Below, piece by piece: positions 10,193 through 21,600 of a stretch of 64,000 bases of DNA. Within the stretch, counting starts at the first letter, position 1; each line of letters opens with the position of its first letter. The notes under the pieces are model-generated. The model did no database searches, had not been told where the DNA came from, and saw only the letters and a program-made list of their open reading frames with translations. The translations under genes were made by a program, and so were the position numbers. The stretch covers positions 51,336,001 through 51,400,000 of the forward strand of contig NC_083233.1 in the NCBI RefSeq assembly GCF_032191835.1. Direction: 5' to 3'. The DNA is from Heteronotia binoei. Lineage: Eukaryota.

Positions 10193-13100
10193 GAGTGACA
10201 GCTGCAAAGTCAGCCCAAGGCAGGCACCTGGTTCTCACCACTATGGCATCTGTCTCATGCACTACTAACACTGGACACACTGTTCAGAGGGAAGTTCTCC
10301 TGCAAGTGTCTCAATGAAACTAGTTTTATTTATTTTTTTAAAATTACCTATTTTCCACATTAATATGTAGACAATATTTTGGAAAGGTGGTGTATAATAA
10401 CACCCCCCCCCCCCAGCAAACTTTCTAGAGGAAATCATTACATTCCCAACAATTCCAAAGAGTGAGCTGAAAATGGATTTGTTTTATTTCTTGATCAGGA
10501 CAGGAGGTGCTTTCCTGTTTGCCTCTGCAAATGATGCTGTATTTCAACGTCTTTTACTTCCCTTTCTGGTGTCTGGCAGAGGGACTCATGTTGGAACTTA
10601 AGGTAATGGCACACCATAGACATTAACAGTCCCTTGAGGGCTTACATGTACAGCTTCTTTTTTGGAAGGTCTTTCAATTGATGAGGGGTTTTTGCACACT
10701 GGGCATCACTGCTTTCTCCACTGAACTGGGTGAGCAACAGGGCCAATCCAAAATGCTTTCAACATTCCTCAAACATATTGTGGTCTGAGGAGTTCCTTGA
10801 GAATGTTGCAAAAGATCCTGGCAAGGCACCTCTTATATTAGATGATGCTTCACCAGCATTGCCCAAAATTTTGCTGCCACAAGTGTCTGATAGTAGTGCC
10901 AATGTGGTATAGCGGTTACAGTGTTGTTTTATGATCTGGGAGATCCAAGTCTGAATCCCTACTGTGCTATGGAAGCTTGGGCCAGTCACACACTCTCAGC
11001 CTAACCAGCTAAACAGGGGTACTGTTAAAATAAATTGGAGGAGAAGAGAATGATGTAAGCTGCTTTCGATCCCTATTGGGGAGAAAGATATGAACAAAAC
11101 CAGTCTTACAGACCGATCACAGCTGGATATGTGCAGGCTGATGGGGGTGGCTGGTTCACAGAGCTCTGCAGCCTCGCTAACAGGACTGATTTGCCCGGAT
11201 CCAGAGACTTTCATCTGGGGAAGCACAGAAGCATACAGAGCTGGGGAAGAGGAGACTATCTGCTCTGTCAAATGTTTGCACTGGTGACCTGAAATACCTC
11301 CAGAGGGTCCTCTCTCTCTCCTGGAAAACTCCAACAAGATTTCAGAATCTTCCTGTTATTTCTTTGGTTTAATAATTGAAGCATTTCTTCTTGTTTAAAT
11401 GAAGCCTGCCTTCCCATGGCTACTAGACCTTCTAAACAGGGTGCTGTACTGCCTGTGCCAGTCACTTCCAGTGATCTGAAGGATTGATGTGAGGGGAAGA
11501 ATATGCCACAAGATTCCAGATGAACATTAAAGACAAATCAGTTTTCAAGATACAAAAACCTTCATGGACTAGAGCTGAGTCTTGGTTCATGGAAGCTTAT
11601 GCTGGAATTTAAAAAACTGCTAGACTTTAATGTTCCCTAAGAATTCTGCTTATTTTTGCTTCAGCAAGTGAAGGTAGCCATTTTTCTCCGATCAGTGGTC
11701 TTTGACAGATTGTGACCCTCAGTGCAATCAAAGGGGCAGTGGAACAGCAGGGCAAGGCAACTCAGCAGGGGAGAATATTCCTTTTTAGGACAGGAAGATA
11801 TAGATACATACCTCCTTGCCAAAACTCTCCCTTGTCATCACTCTCTTCACCCATCCAGCACAGCCTGGTAGGGCCACCCTCAGTTTTCCAAAGCAGTTTG
11901 CACATCTGCAATGTAGAGTTTCTTTCCCTACTAGTGAAGTCATAATTCTGGCTCCTCCTTTTCATGTTATTGGTAATCATGTGACTTGACTTCCTGTTGC
12001 AAGCTTGTGCCGGATCCCATGCCCCTCATCTGGGGTTCAAAAGTGAGTCCTGGAACTGCAAACATTAAAGACCTAGTCGAGATTAATATACAAAGTTCTT
12101 AACTTGTATAGCAACCTTTTCATCCCTCTCTTTCTAAATCACGATCCCTTCTTACAGTATAACCTGCTGCCCGCTTACTATCAAGTTCTCCTAGTTGGTG
12201 CATACCTGATGATCATCTTATTGGAATGTTTGCGTCTCTACCTTGGATACATTGGGAACTTGCAAGAAAAGGTAAGATCCTGTGGGAGGGGAGTCCTCAT
12301 TTTGTCATCCTAGATTTCTCTAAAGAATGAAGAAATTTTGGAGTATCTCTCTGCAACTCTGTCAAAAACAGACTTCATGGCATTTTCAGGTCCAACCATG
12401 GATGCCAATGCCATTTTAAAGGTGAACTCAGTCATTTAAAAAATTCAGTGAGGGCCCAATCGTGACTCAGCATTCAAGACTGTGGGAATGGGCAGTCTTG
12501 TCCAAACACCGCCCTCCCCTTGCACCTTTTTGGGTGCCGAAACAGCCTGTTTTAAATGGCTAAGTTCAGCTTTAAAATGACATCTGCTTCCACAGATTGG
12601 ACTTGTGGACACTATAAGGTCTAGTTTGGCCCCCTATAGTACCATTCCAAGGAGAGTTACACCCTTTTAAATCCATTGAAGTCGATGGGCTTAGAAGAAT
12701 GTAACTGATTATGATGGCACTATTAACAAACACCAAACTTTTGTGTCCCTTAACCATATTAAGGGCCAAACCAATGCTTTGGTGGGGATCTGTGATTGAT
12801 TTACTTGTATTTTGTGTGTGTGTGTGCTTATACCAGGAAGTCATGACAACTTCTGGCAACCCTACTGGGGCATGGGGGATGTTCAGAGAAGTGGCTTGGT
12901 ACAGTCTTCCTCTGCCTCCCAGTTCTGATATTCCAAGGAAGTCTCCCATCCAAGTACTTGCCAGGGTTGGCCCTGCTTAGCTTCAGAGATACTCCTAAAT
13001 CGGGCTTCACTGGGCTATCCAGGTCAGGGCTGTGATTGATTTTCTGATGTAGTCTATCCTTAAAAAGTAGTCAAGGGAAGCCACTGGGATCAGAATCATG

Positions 13101-14398
13101 GTAAACACCCTCTGGAGCTATTAATTTTTTGTAGAATAATAATTTAAAATGCACTCTGGTTGCTGATTCCAAAGATGGAGGATTTCTACTGGAGGATAAA
13201 GAAAGGGAGGGAAAGGGTTACTCCTTTTTCCCCACAGCCCCAATCACACAGCTGCATTTAAAGATTCCATTACATCTCCACACCCAGGTGTCTTATTTGG
13301 AGTGATAAAAATCTTCCTTGGGTGAGCAAAGATTTTGCTTCTTAGAGACTGATTTCCCACTCACCTTACGCCGCTCTAATGTTCCTCTTCTCAGCGGGGC
13401 TTCCTTCCGATTTCACACTATCTGCCCTGGGGCTTCAGCTAGCGTCGGCTTTTTTTAGTAGGAAACTGGTTTTTAGAGGTTTCTGTTTGTGGTGCAAAAA
13501 AGCCGACGCTAGCTGCAGCCCCGAGGCAGATGGTGTGAAACCGGAAGGAAACCTCGCTGAGAAGAGGAACATTAGAGCGGCATAAGGTGAGTTGGAAATC
13601 GGTCAGAGTTTCTGGATAGAGGCTGAAAGGGGACAAGGGAGCAGAAAGTTCAGCTCCTCTCCCTCAAATACAGTTGCCTCAGAAATCCTCCCCATTCATA
13701 AAATAGTGTTAATATGTTAAAAATTACTGAACCACAGCTAGCAAACATCTTGAAATATCAGTTACTGAATTTCTAATACTGAAACCAGATTTTTCAATGA
13801 GATAATTTTGAGATAAAATATATCAGGTGCTAAATAGCTGGTGAATATTTCACAATTCAAAACTTATTCAGTGTTAACATTCACAGAGGAGAAGTCTGAG
13901 CAGCAAATTGGTTTTAGCTTTATTACAGATGCTAGTTCACTGGTGCAGTGTGGCAGGTGGCTTCTGACACCCACAAAAAGCAGAACTTTGCATGAAGGGG
14001 CTCCTCATTTTGGATATCTTCAATGTTCACCAATTCTTCTTTGATTCCTGCAGGTCCCAGAGCTTGCTGGCTTCCTCCTGCTGTCATTCCTGATAGAACT
14101 GCCTGTCCTGTTGTTCCTCCTGGCTGATGAGGACACCATCAGGCTGCCGCTGGAGACAGCCATGCATCTGATCCTCCTCCTCTTTCTCACCTCTGAGATC
14201 ACAGCTGCCTTTTTTGCACTTAAAGGGATGACCAAGCAGCTGGCCAGGCGGTTCTACCTGAAGCAATTTGAAGAGGGACCTGAAGGGCCTGGGAAGCTAC
14301 ACGGAAGCATTAGAGGCTGCCGTTGGGGAGAGGTCGGCTGGGGAAGTCTGCTGCCCATTGATCCTGAACATGCCCTGGTGTCTGCACGAGAACATTAA
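7494..14398 (+). CDS. TMEM17B: Transmembrane protein 17 paralog (TMEM17B-like ciliary transition-zone family protein), 226 aa; join 7494-7611, 10499-10602, 12158-12271, 14054-14398
   Basis: Translation MALQTPLPPHLRRGLTTFSGSLFINNKT...LPLQMMLYFNVFYFPFW...LECLRLYLGYIGNLQEKVPELAGFLLLSF matches the TMEM17 family (LQMSLYFN, RLYLGYVGNLQEKVPELAGF); internal exons of 104 and 114 nt as in TMEM17; GT-AG sites. The paralog assignment is inferred from divergence and locus. Confidence 0.88.
9486..10038. mobile_element. pogo/Tigger-like (Tc1-mariner) non-autonomous element with GC-rich interior
   Basis: TIRs ccgtatttgccggtgtataagacgac / gtagtcttatatgccagcaaataggg; TA TSD at 9484-9485 and 10039-10040; subterminal TATAAGACG repeats. 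Confidence 0.85.
10108..10188 (+). repeat. (TTA)27 microsatellite (LINE tail)
   Basis: Perfect trinucleotide run directly after the L2 3' end. Confidence 0.95.
10499..10602 (+). CDS. TMEM17B: TMEM17B-like exon 2
   Basis: ttgatcag acceptor, gtaatg donor; QEVLSCLPLQMMLYFNVFYFPFWCLAEGLMLELK. Confidence 0.92.
10900..11095 (+). mobile_element. tRNA-derived SINE (Squam2/MIR-like), degenerate
   Basis: gccaatgtggtatagcggtta...gatctgggagatccaagtctgaatccc...ttgggccagtcacacactctcagcctaacc; similar copies near 37960-38160, 51640-51830 and 56660-57070. Confidence 0.6.
12158..12271 (+). CDS. TMEM17B: TMEM17B-like exon 3
   Basis: cttcttacag acceptor, gtaaga donor; YNLLPAYY...RLYLGYIGNLQEK. Confidence 0.95.
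12803..13030 (-). mobile_element. 5S rRNA-derived SINE
   Basis: 5S-like head on the - strand (gaagctaagcaggg...gtacttggatgggagac); 12-bp TSD tgtgattgattt at 12791-12802 and 13031-13042; (CA)n tail. Confidence 0.85.
13347..13604. mobile_element. Foldback MITE with about 110-bp inverted arms
   Basis: 13347-13456 is the near-perfect reverse complement of 13496-13604; AGA flanks both sides. Confidence 0.8.
14054..14398 (+). CDS. TMEM17B: TMEM17B-like exon 4 (to stop)
   Basis: ttcctgcag acceptor; VPELAGFLLLSFLIELP...SAREH then TAA. Confidence 0.93.
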   Translation, partial: VPELAGFLLLSFLIELPVLLFLLADEDTIRLPLETAMHLILLLFLTSEITAAFFALKGMTKQLARRFYLKQFEEGPEGPGKLHGSIRGCRWGEVGWGSLLPIDPEHALVSAREH

Positions 14399-14721
14399 TG
14401 CCCAGCAAAATTTCAGCAGATACAATCAGTCAATACAGAAGGTGGACTTCATAGAGAATCTGAAAAAACCACTGAAGTATCCCATGACTCCCCTCTTTTA
14501 GCTCCCTCAATAGGAACAAAAAGTGAACTACTAAGACACAATTACTACGACATGCCAAAGAGACAGAAGTTACATTATAACTTGATAGTGATCCCCAGTA
14601 TAATTCTTGTGGGTGCCAAGGTACTTATTTCTTACTTTCCTAATGCCAAGAGCCAGTTCTGGCTTTTCGCTGCTTCACTGCATCAGGAGGTGCTTCAGAA
14701 GACGCCCCCCCCAGGAGGCAT

Positions 14722-14920
14722 CAGATGAACCTGCCTTATGCTGAATCAGAGCCTTGGTCCATCAAAGTCAGGATTGTCTACTCAGACTGGCGGCTGCTTT
14801 CTAAGGTCTCAGGCAGATATCTTTCATACCAACTACTACCTGACCCCTTTAACTGGAGATTCCAGAGGTTGAACCTGGTACCTTCTGCATGCCAAGCAGA
14901 TGCTCGGCCACTGAGCCATC
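14722..14920 (-). mobile_element. tRNA-derived SINE (Squam3-like), degenerate
   Basis: ctgccttatgctgaatcaga...ttgaacctggtaccttctgcatgccaagcagatgctc..ccactgagcc; same family as 22873-23088. Confidence 0.75.
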
Positions 14921-15570
14921 ATTCAGAAATGGCTGCCTCCATTATAGGAGGATGTTTGGCTTGCAAACTCCCAAGCATTTTGTGATGAGCCCCATCCCCA
15001 TTGGCAGCTGTTTTGTGGTGACACCCACTCAAATTTCCAAAAGTGCCTGGGAGCTTCAGAAGCTTGCCAATCTTACCTATGGTGACAAACTAACCCATTT
15101 AGCTTGGAGCTACTGATAAAAGTTCCTTTAAAAATCCACAAAATAGAAGGGCCAGCTTGAATTCAACATTTAGGAATCCCAAGTTTGTGACAAGTGACTT
15201 CTGGCAAACTTATCTAAAATTTCAAGAGGGGAGGGGGAAGAAAGAGGTGTTTATCATGCAGAGATGCTGGGTGTTCTTTTTGCAGAATTGATAAATGTTT
15301 TGTAAACAGCAGCCATGTAAGGGCCTGATTCAAATCAGGCCTATGCCACTTGTGGAAGGAAATGTAACCATTTCCCCTGCATTGTTCTCCTGACTTGAAA
15401 CTGAGCCCTAGAACTGCTGTTTGCTCCAGCGCAGAAAAAAAAATGGCAATAGACAGTGTCTATATCTTTGCACCAACAGGGTCCCAGACTCTGCAGAGGC
15501 ACTTCAAATTGCTTCCAGTTGACCCTTGATAATTGGGGCATTGTGTGTCTGCCCTCTCCAGTCTGTAGTA

Positions 15571-15609
15571 CTATGGAGCTACATTAACTGTGTCTTTTGG
15601 TGGCTTTGC
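15571..15609 (-). CDS. P2RX6: P2RX6 exon 12 (to stop)
   Basis: ctcttgtatttttgcag acceptor; [12 protein letters not shown] then TAG. Confidence 0.88.
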   Translation of the reverse strand, partial: AKPPKDTVNVAP

Positions 15610-18600
15610 CTGCAAAAATACAAGAGGGACAGTGTTAGGGTTTGGATGCTTGATTATTTCTAGGACTTCAGAAAGGCCAAGCAAATTATCACAGTCTTGT
15701 GTAACTTACAGAGGTGCAAATACCAGAAACTCATAATCTCCTTCCCCAAAGCTAGTTTCCAGGTGGGTTAGAAGCTGGAAAGTGGGAATCTCAAGTCAGT
15801 AAAAGAAGATAAGGGACTGAACTGATGGCAACAAATGGGAGAGAGGACAGTTAAGATGGACGAGAGAGGGGCTGGATCCTCATACCTGTAAAACAGCAAT
15901 TTCCATCTTTAACCCCCAAGCAAAAGGATGGAACCCAGTGAGATACAAACACACAACAGTAAGTAACATGACACCTGAGTCATATGATGGGAAGAGGAGG
16001 AGTAATTAACATGTGGAATTCACTGCCACAGGAGGTGGCAGCGGTTACAAGCATAGACAGCTTCAAGAGGGGACTGGATAAACATATGGAGCAGAGGTCC
16101 ATCAGTGGCTATTAGCCACAATGTATAGATGGAACATTTTGTCGGGCAGTGATGCTCTGTATTCTTGGTGGTTGGGGGGCAATAGTGAGAGGGCTTCTGG
16201 AGTTCTGGCCCCACCTCCTGATGGTACCTGGGTTTTGGCCACTGTGTGACACAGAGTTTTGAACTGGATGGGCCATTGGCCTGATCCAATATGGCTTTTC
16301 TTATGTTCTTATGTGCTAAAAAGTAATCTTATGCATACTTGAATAACTCCTCATTGTCTTGCTACTTCTTTTGTGTGAATGGGCAGAAGGTGCCAAGTAC
16401 ATGGCAGCAGGTCCTCTGCAACCCCCCCCCCCCAAAAAAAAGGCAGTTTATGGCACTACAGGTATGGCTCTATGAACCACTAAATGGTTGAAGACCTCTG
16501 GGCTAAGTGAAAACATGCTTACAAAATGTACAAACCTCCTGATCCATGCAGGATAGCTGTTCCTAACATGCATCCCCAACCCTACTCTTGTGTTTTGCAT
16601 GCAGACACCAGCACAAATCTGCTAGCCTGGGGGAAACAGACCATCAGCATCCCAGTGCACACATAGATCTAGGTGCAGAAGGCTGTATATTAGGGTTGCC
16701 AAGGCCAATTCAAGAAATATCTGGGGACTTTGGGGTTGGAGCCAGAAGACATTGAGGGTGGAGCCATAAGCAAAGTTGTGACAAGCACAATTGAACTCCA
16801 AAGGGAGTTCTGGCCATCACATTTAAAGGAACCGCACACCTTTTAAATGCCTTCCCAACATTAGAAACAATGAAGGATAGGGGCACCTTCTTTCAGGGCT
16901 CATAGAATTGGACCTCCTGGTCCAATAATTTTGAAACTTGGAGAGCATTTTGAGGAGAGTCATCAGATGAACATATGAAGAACATATGAACATATGAAGC
17001 TGCCTTATACTGAATCAGACCTTTGGTCCATCAAAGTCAGTATTGTCTTCTCAGACTGGCAGCGGCTCTCCAGGGTCTCAAGATGCTATGAGGAAATTTG
17101 GTGCCTCTGCCTCAAAGAACAGCCCCTCCAGAGCCCCAGTTACCCCCAGATCAATTTTCCATTATATTCTATGAGAATCGACCTCCATAGGGAATAATGA
17201 AGTGCCCAGCAGACATTCCCCACTCACCCCCAGTTTCTGACGACTCTGAAGTGGGGGACTGGCATCTCTACTCATGAGTTGTTGAACTTCCAACTTGTTC
17301 AAAGTAACACAGAGTAACCAAAGGTTCAAGTTTACCTTTCCTACTCAAAGGAGCTCTGAAAAGATTGTGCAACTAATGGAGGGTCTGGGCCGCTTTCACA
17401 GCCACTGGGAGCAGCCATGCTCTTCTGCCTACTCCCCCCCGCCCCCATTTAGCCTTAAAGATACAGACATATGATCCCAAGAGGAAGCCTTTCCAAGCAG
17501 AGTCTGAAGCCTCCAGAGGTGGAAAGGCACATAGTGGCTGTGGGGGTGGGGCTTCCTCCGACGGCCAGCTGACTGGGAGTGGGAAGGACCCTGGGAAAGC
17601 AGGAGAACCCCTGCTGGGACCTGGGGATTGGCAAGCCTACTGTATATGTAAGGAAAAGGAGAAGACTATCTGAACATCCTGCCATTCTCTGCACTGGGAC
17701 ACAGAATGTAGAAATGGTGGGTAGATGAGGATGGGGGAGTGGACTGTAATATGCTGACAAAATAAAGGTCATAAGTTTACAATGTAAGATCTTGTGGAAG
17801 ACAGAGGATTTTGCAAATGCAGCCATCTCACTTTTTAAAAAGGGCACATGACATTGTTCAGTTGTTACCTCCTCATACTTCTCACTCCGATAGAACTCTG
17901 CTTTCGTATCAAGGTACAGGAGAACCAGGTCGCAAACAACAGAGGCCTAGAAGGGTACAAACAAATGTTTACTTTCTGTGGATTGTTAAATGCAGCAATA
18001 GCTAACATTTGCAATGATGTATTTAATTGCACTACAAACTTTTTGAAATGTAATTTCTCAATAAGACAACAAATGTGCCTCAATTGGTACATGAGTCAAT
18101 GTACATGATGGCTGTGTTTGAAACACTGAAAGTGCTAAACAGCACTGATCAGGCAGGCTATAAATGCAGCCTGGTCTGGGGCAAGAAAATGTGGACCATC
18201 TTGCTTAATTTCTCTAGTGGATGTCAGCATGAGTTTTTAAAAACTCCCCTGATGAGAGATTTTCATCCCCTGCCCCCAGTTATGTCTTGTGTGCTGAGCA
18301 GCCAAGAAGAGTACTTCAGATGAGCAAGAGGTGAGCAGGGTATTTTCTCAATTTCATTGTAATGGGGTGGATCCTATAACTCTGATCCACTAGAAGTGGA
18401 GCTCTTCTCTGACAGAAAAGTTGCTGTGAATTTTAGGATCTAGCCCAATGTGTGAAGCTTTGTCTATTTCTCTCCTTCACCACTGTGTCTACATCTCAGG
18501 CACTTGCTAGGAGCAGCTCAGTAACCTCTATGTGCCTGTATGCATCTCTCTCATCCAAAAATGCAGAAAGCATCTCTTGCCCTCTCTGAGACATCTACAT

Positions 18601-21600
18601 AGCCAAGGGAGGCAACCCTTGAACCCTGGGTGAGGTTCACTTGTCCTACACTGGCCAAGGGTTTTGGGGGGGGATGGGTGGGCATACTTACAGCACCAAG
18701 AAAGGCAGCCCCTGTTCCCAAGTTGACAGCCGTGGGCACAATGCTGAATTTCCCAGCCTAAGGAAAAGGAGAGGAAAAGGAATACAAGGAGAGAAGAAGA
18801 GGCCTAGAGAGATCTATTGTGCCTGATCATAGTGAGTGGATCTACTGTGAATGCCTTTTTACCCCATTTTAGAGCTAAAAATTTGTTCTCAAGAGAGCTT
18901 ACACAAATTTAGAACTGATACCAGTGTTTCAGATGACTTGCTTTATATGCTGAAAGCCAAGTGAGGGGGTGAAGGAAGACAGGATGCAGTCCTAGATTAA
19001 GATTAATGGAGGCTGGGCATCCAACAGAGATGGAGAAAAAAAGAGAAAAAGATGAGGCTAGGATGCTTAGTGAGTTGGAGGGGAGGCTGCTGGAAACTGC
19101 TTCCAACAGATGTGCATGAAAAGAAGTGTCCCAGGAGAAGTTAACATTCAAATCAACCATGCAGACTCATGCTGACTTCCCCCAGCAGGACTCCTGCAGG
19201 GACAATTCAGGCACGTACCTGTCCATGGACAGAAATGTCAAAGCGGATACCATAGAGCTTCAGCAGGCTCCTGTAGTGCTGATTCAGCGGGTCCTGATAA
19301 TAGAAGGCTGTTCTGAAAGGAAGCAACGTTGATGAAAAATGTATCTTCATAACATGTGGAGATGGATTACACATGTAAGGGATTCATACTGCATGTATCC
19401 CTGTCAGGCCCTGTGAAGGAATGAACTTGTAAGTTCTTCCTGTTCCTTCAAGTCCCCCCCACCAGGAGAGACCAGAAAACTCTATAGTTGTCCCAAGACT
19501 CTGTGTGGCTATATCACCCCTTTTCCTTGCTTCCTGGAGTGTCAAAAACAAACTGGATAACAAACTGGATAACTGGATAACAACTGCTGCCACCAGTGAC
19601 TCTGCTAAACAGAGCTGCACATCTAGCACTCTGTATCTTCACTGCTGTTTATAGGCTCTGCTGTTTATAGGCTCTGCTTAAACAGAGCTGCACATCTAGC
19701 TCTCTGTATCTTCACTGCTGTTTATAGGCTCTGCCTGCCTGCTCCATTCATACACTAGCACATGAGTGATCTACTGCAGCCTCACAATTTCAAGCTATTG
19801 CATTCCTGGAATGGCAGTAGGTAATGCTGCCCCTCCTCATCACCACTCTTCAGATAGCAAGACCAAACAGGTATGGGGGTGCTTCCAGAGCTCAGGCTTA
19901 CAGCCTTCAAAATATAGAAATTTAATAAATGAATAAAAATAATACACATGGTCTGTTTTAGCATTCAGAAAAAATGAAAACATGCAGTCCCTTTCCCTAC
20001 ATTTGCTGTTTGCCCACACAGTTGTCAGGGATGGGGTGGGGTGTTACTTTATCAGTTCTCCTTAAAGAACACATCTAGGAGATCATCTCCTAAAAACTAG
20101 CTTCCACTGGAAAGAAAAAATCCACAACCATTAAAGAATGTTCACATTATTTTCTGATGTTGTTTGGTCACATCACCTGCCTGATCAGGTAAACTCTTAG
20201 ATAAAAGCCTATTCCCAAGCCATGGCAGAGCTGGTTCACCACCCAAAGTGCCCAAGCAGTTGCTTGGGACATCAAATTGGCAGGAGCTGTTGCCTCTCAG
20301 ACCAGTTCCATGGTGGGCTGCAAAGCCCATTTATAATTTGCCTTGGACCAGCGTGGTTGAACACATACAGTACCTCTCACCAGGGCTTTTTTGATCAAGA
20401 ATGCACAGGAACGCAGTTCCAGTTGGCTTGGTGTCAGAGGGTGTGACCTAACATGCAAATGAGTTCCTGAGGGGCTTTTTCTACAAAAAAAGCTCTGCCT
20501 CTCACTAATGTTGCTGATGTCTTAGCTTCAACAAGCTACAAAGACCCTTAACAGCTCACTTTGGAGCTAGTGGGGGCATTTGGAAAGAGAGGCCTCCCCA
20601 CTTATGTTGCTGGTTGTCTGGCAGCCAGACAACATGACATCTGTATACCACAGGGTGCCAATGCTCCCTCTAAGCTGTGGAGCCTTGTGAGCAAAAATTC
20701 TGCTTTGTGAGCTACTGGCATTAAAGTTGTAAGTGAACAATTTGGTTACTGGATAAATTAGGTTGCTCTGGGGGCCCCCTTCCTGAGTTAAGACAAAAAT
20801 GTGAGCCAGAGGCTAAAAAACTGAGCTAGCTCACATTAACAGCTTAGAAGGAACACCTCAAGGCACCTTCTCTGTGCTGTGCTTCCCAGCTCCTTGGGGT
20901 GCCAAAAAGATTGGAGCTTGGGACTTAAACTGGAATTACACAATTACACAACACTGTCTTCTGGGCTCAAGCTCTGGCACTGAAACTGGTGCTGGAGCTG
21001 AGCCCCAGCACAAATTTACACCCTGGTCCCTAACACCTTGCTGGGATCATGACAGTGAGTCTAACCCCACTCCCCACACAAAAGAACCCTGCTGTTTTTG
21101 TTTGCATAATGTCTCTCTCACCTGAAATTATATTTTTTATCCAGCAGACTGAAAGAATAGTGAGGTCTACATTCTGAGGGAGGCTGATCCAAATCACAGT
21201 TCCAGTCAATGCGCAGGCCAATGGCTCCCCCCTGTGTAGGATCAAGAACATTGACTACAAATTCCAATTGCTGTTTTGTAATCATTTTTTTTTTAATTTT
21301 TCTTGAAAACATTTTACCACACACACCCCTTCAGTCTTGCTCCCAAAATGTAGGAAAACCACAATGTGAGAAGACCCTGTTATCTCAGCAGCATGGGCAG
21401 GCTGGAACATCCTGCTGAGATACTGGGAACCCTTGAAACCATATGGGACAAAATGATTAGTTGACTGTGGAAGGAGTGTTTTTAGGTAGTCTTGTTATGA
21501 ACGCAGGCAGTGATGTGCCTCAGAGCCCTAAGAACACAAAAGTCCTCAGGTAAAAACTCCTTCACACAGCCTGAGGCCTGCTCAATTGTCACTTCCATTT

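Noticed and set aside
10019-10280. Poly-Ile and poly-Asn ORFs
   Set aside because: Translations of the (TTA)27 microsatellite.
12930-13030. Possible 5S rRNA gene
   Set aside because: Diverged 5S head fused to a SINE body, with TSDs and no oligo-T terminator.
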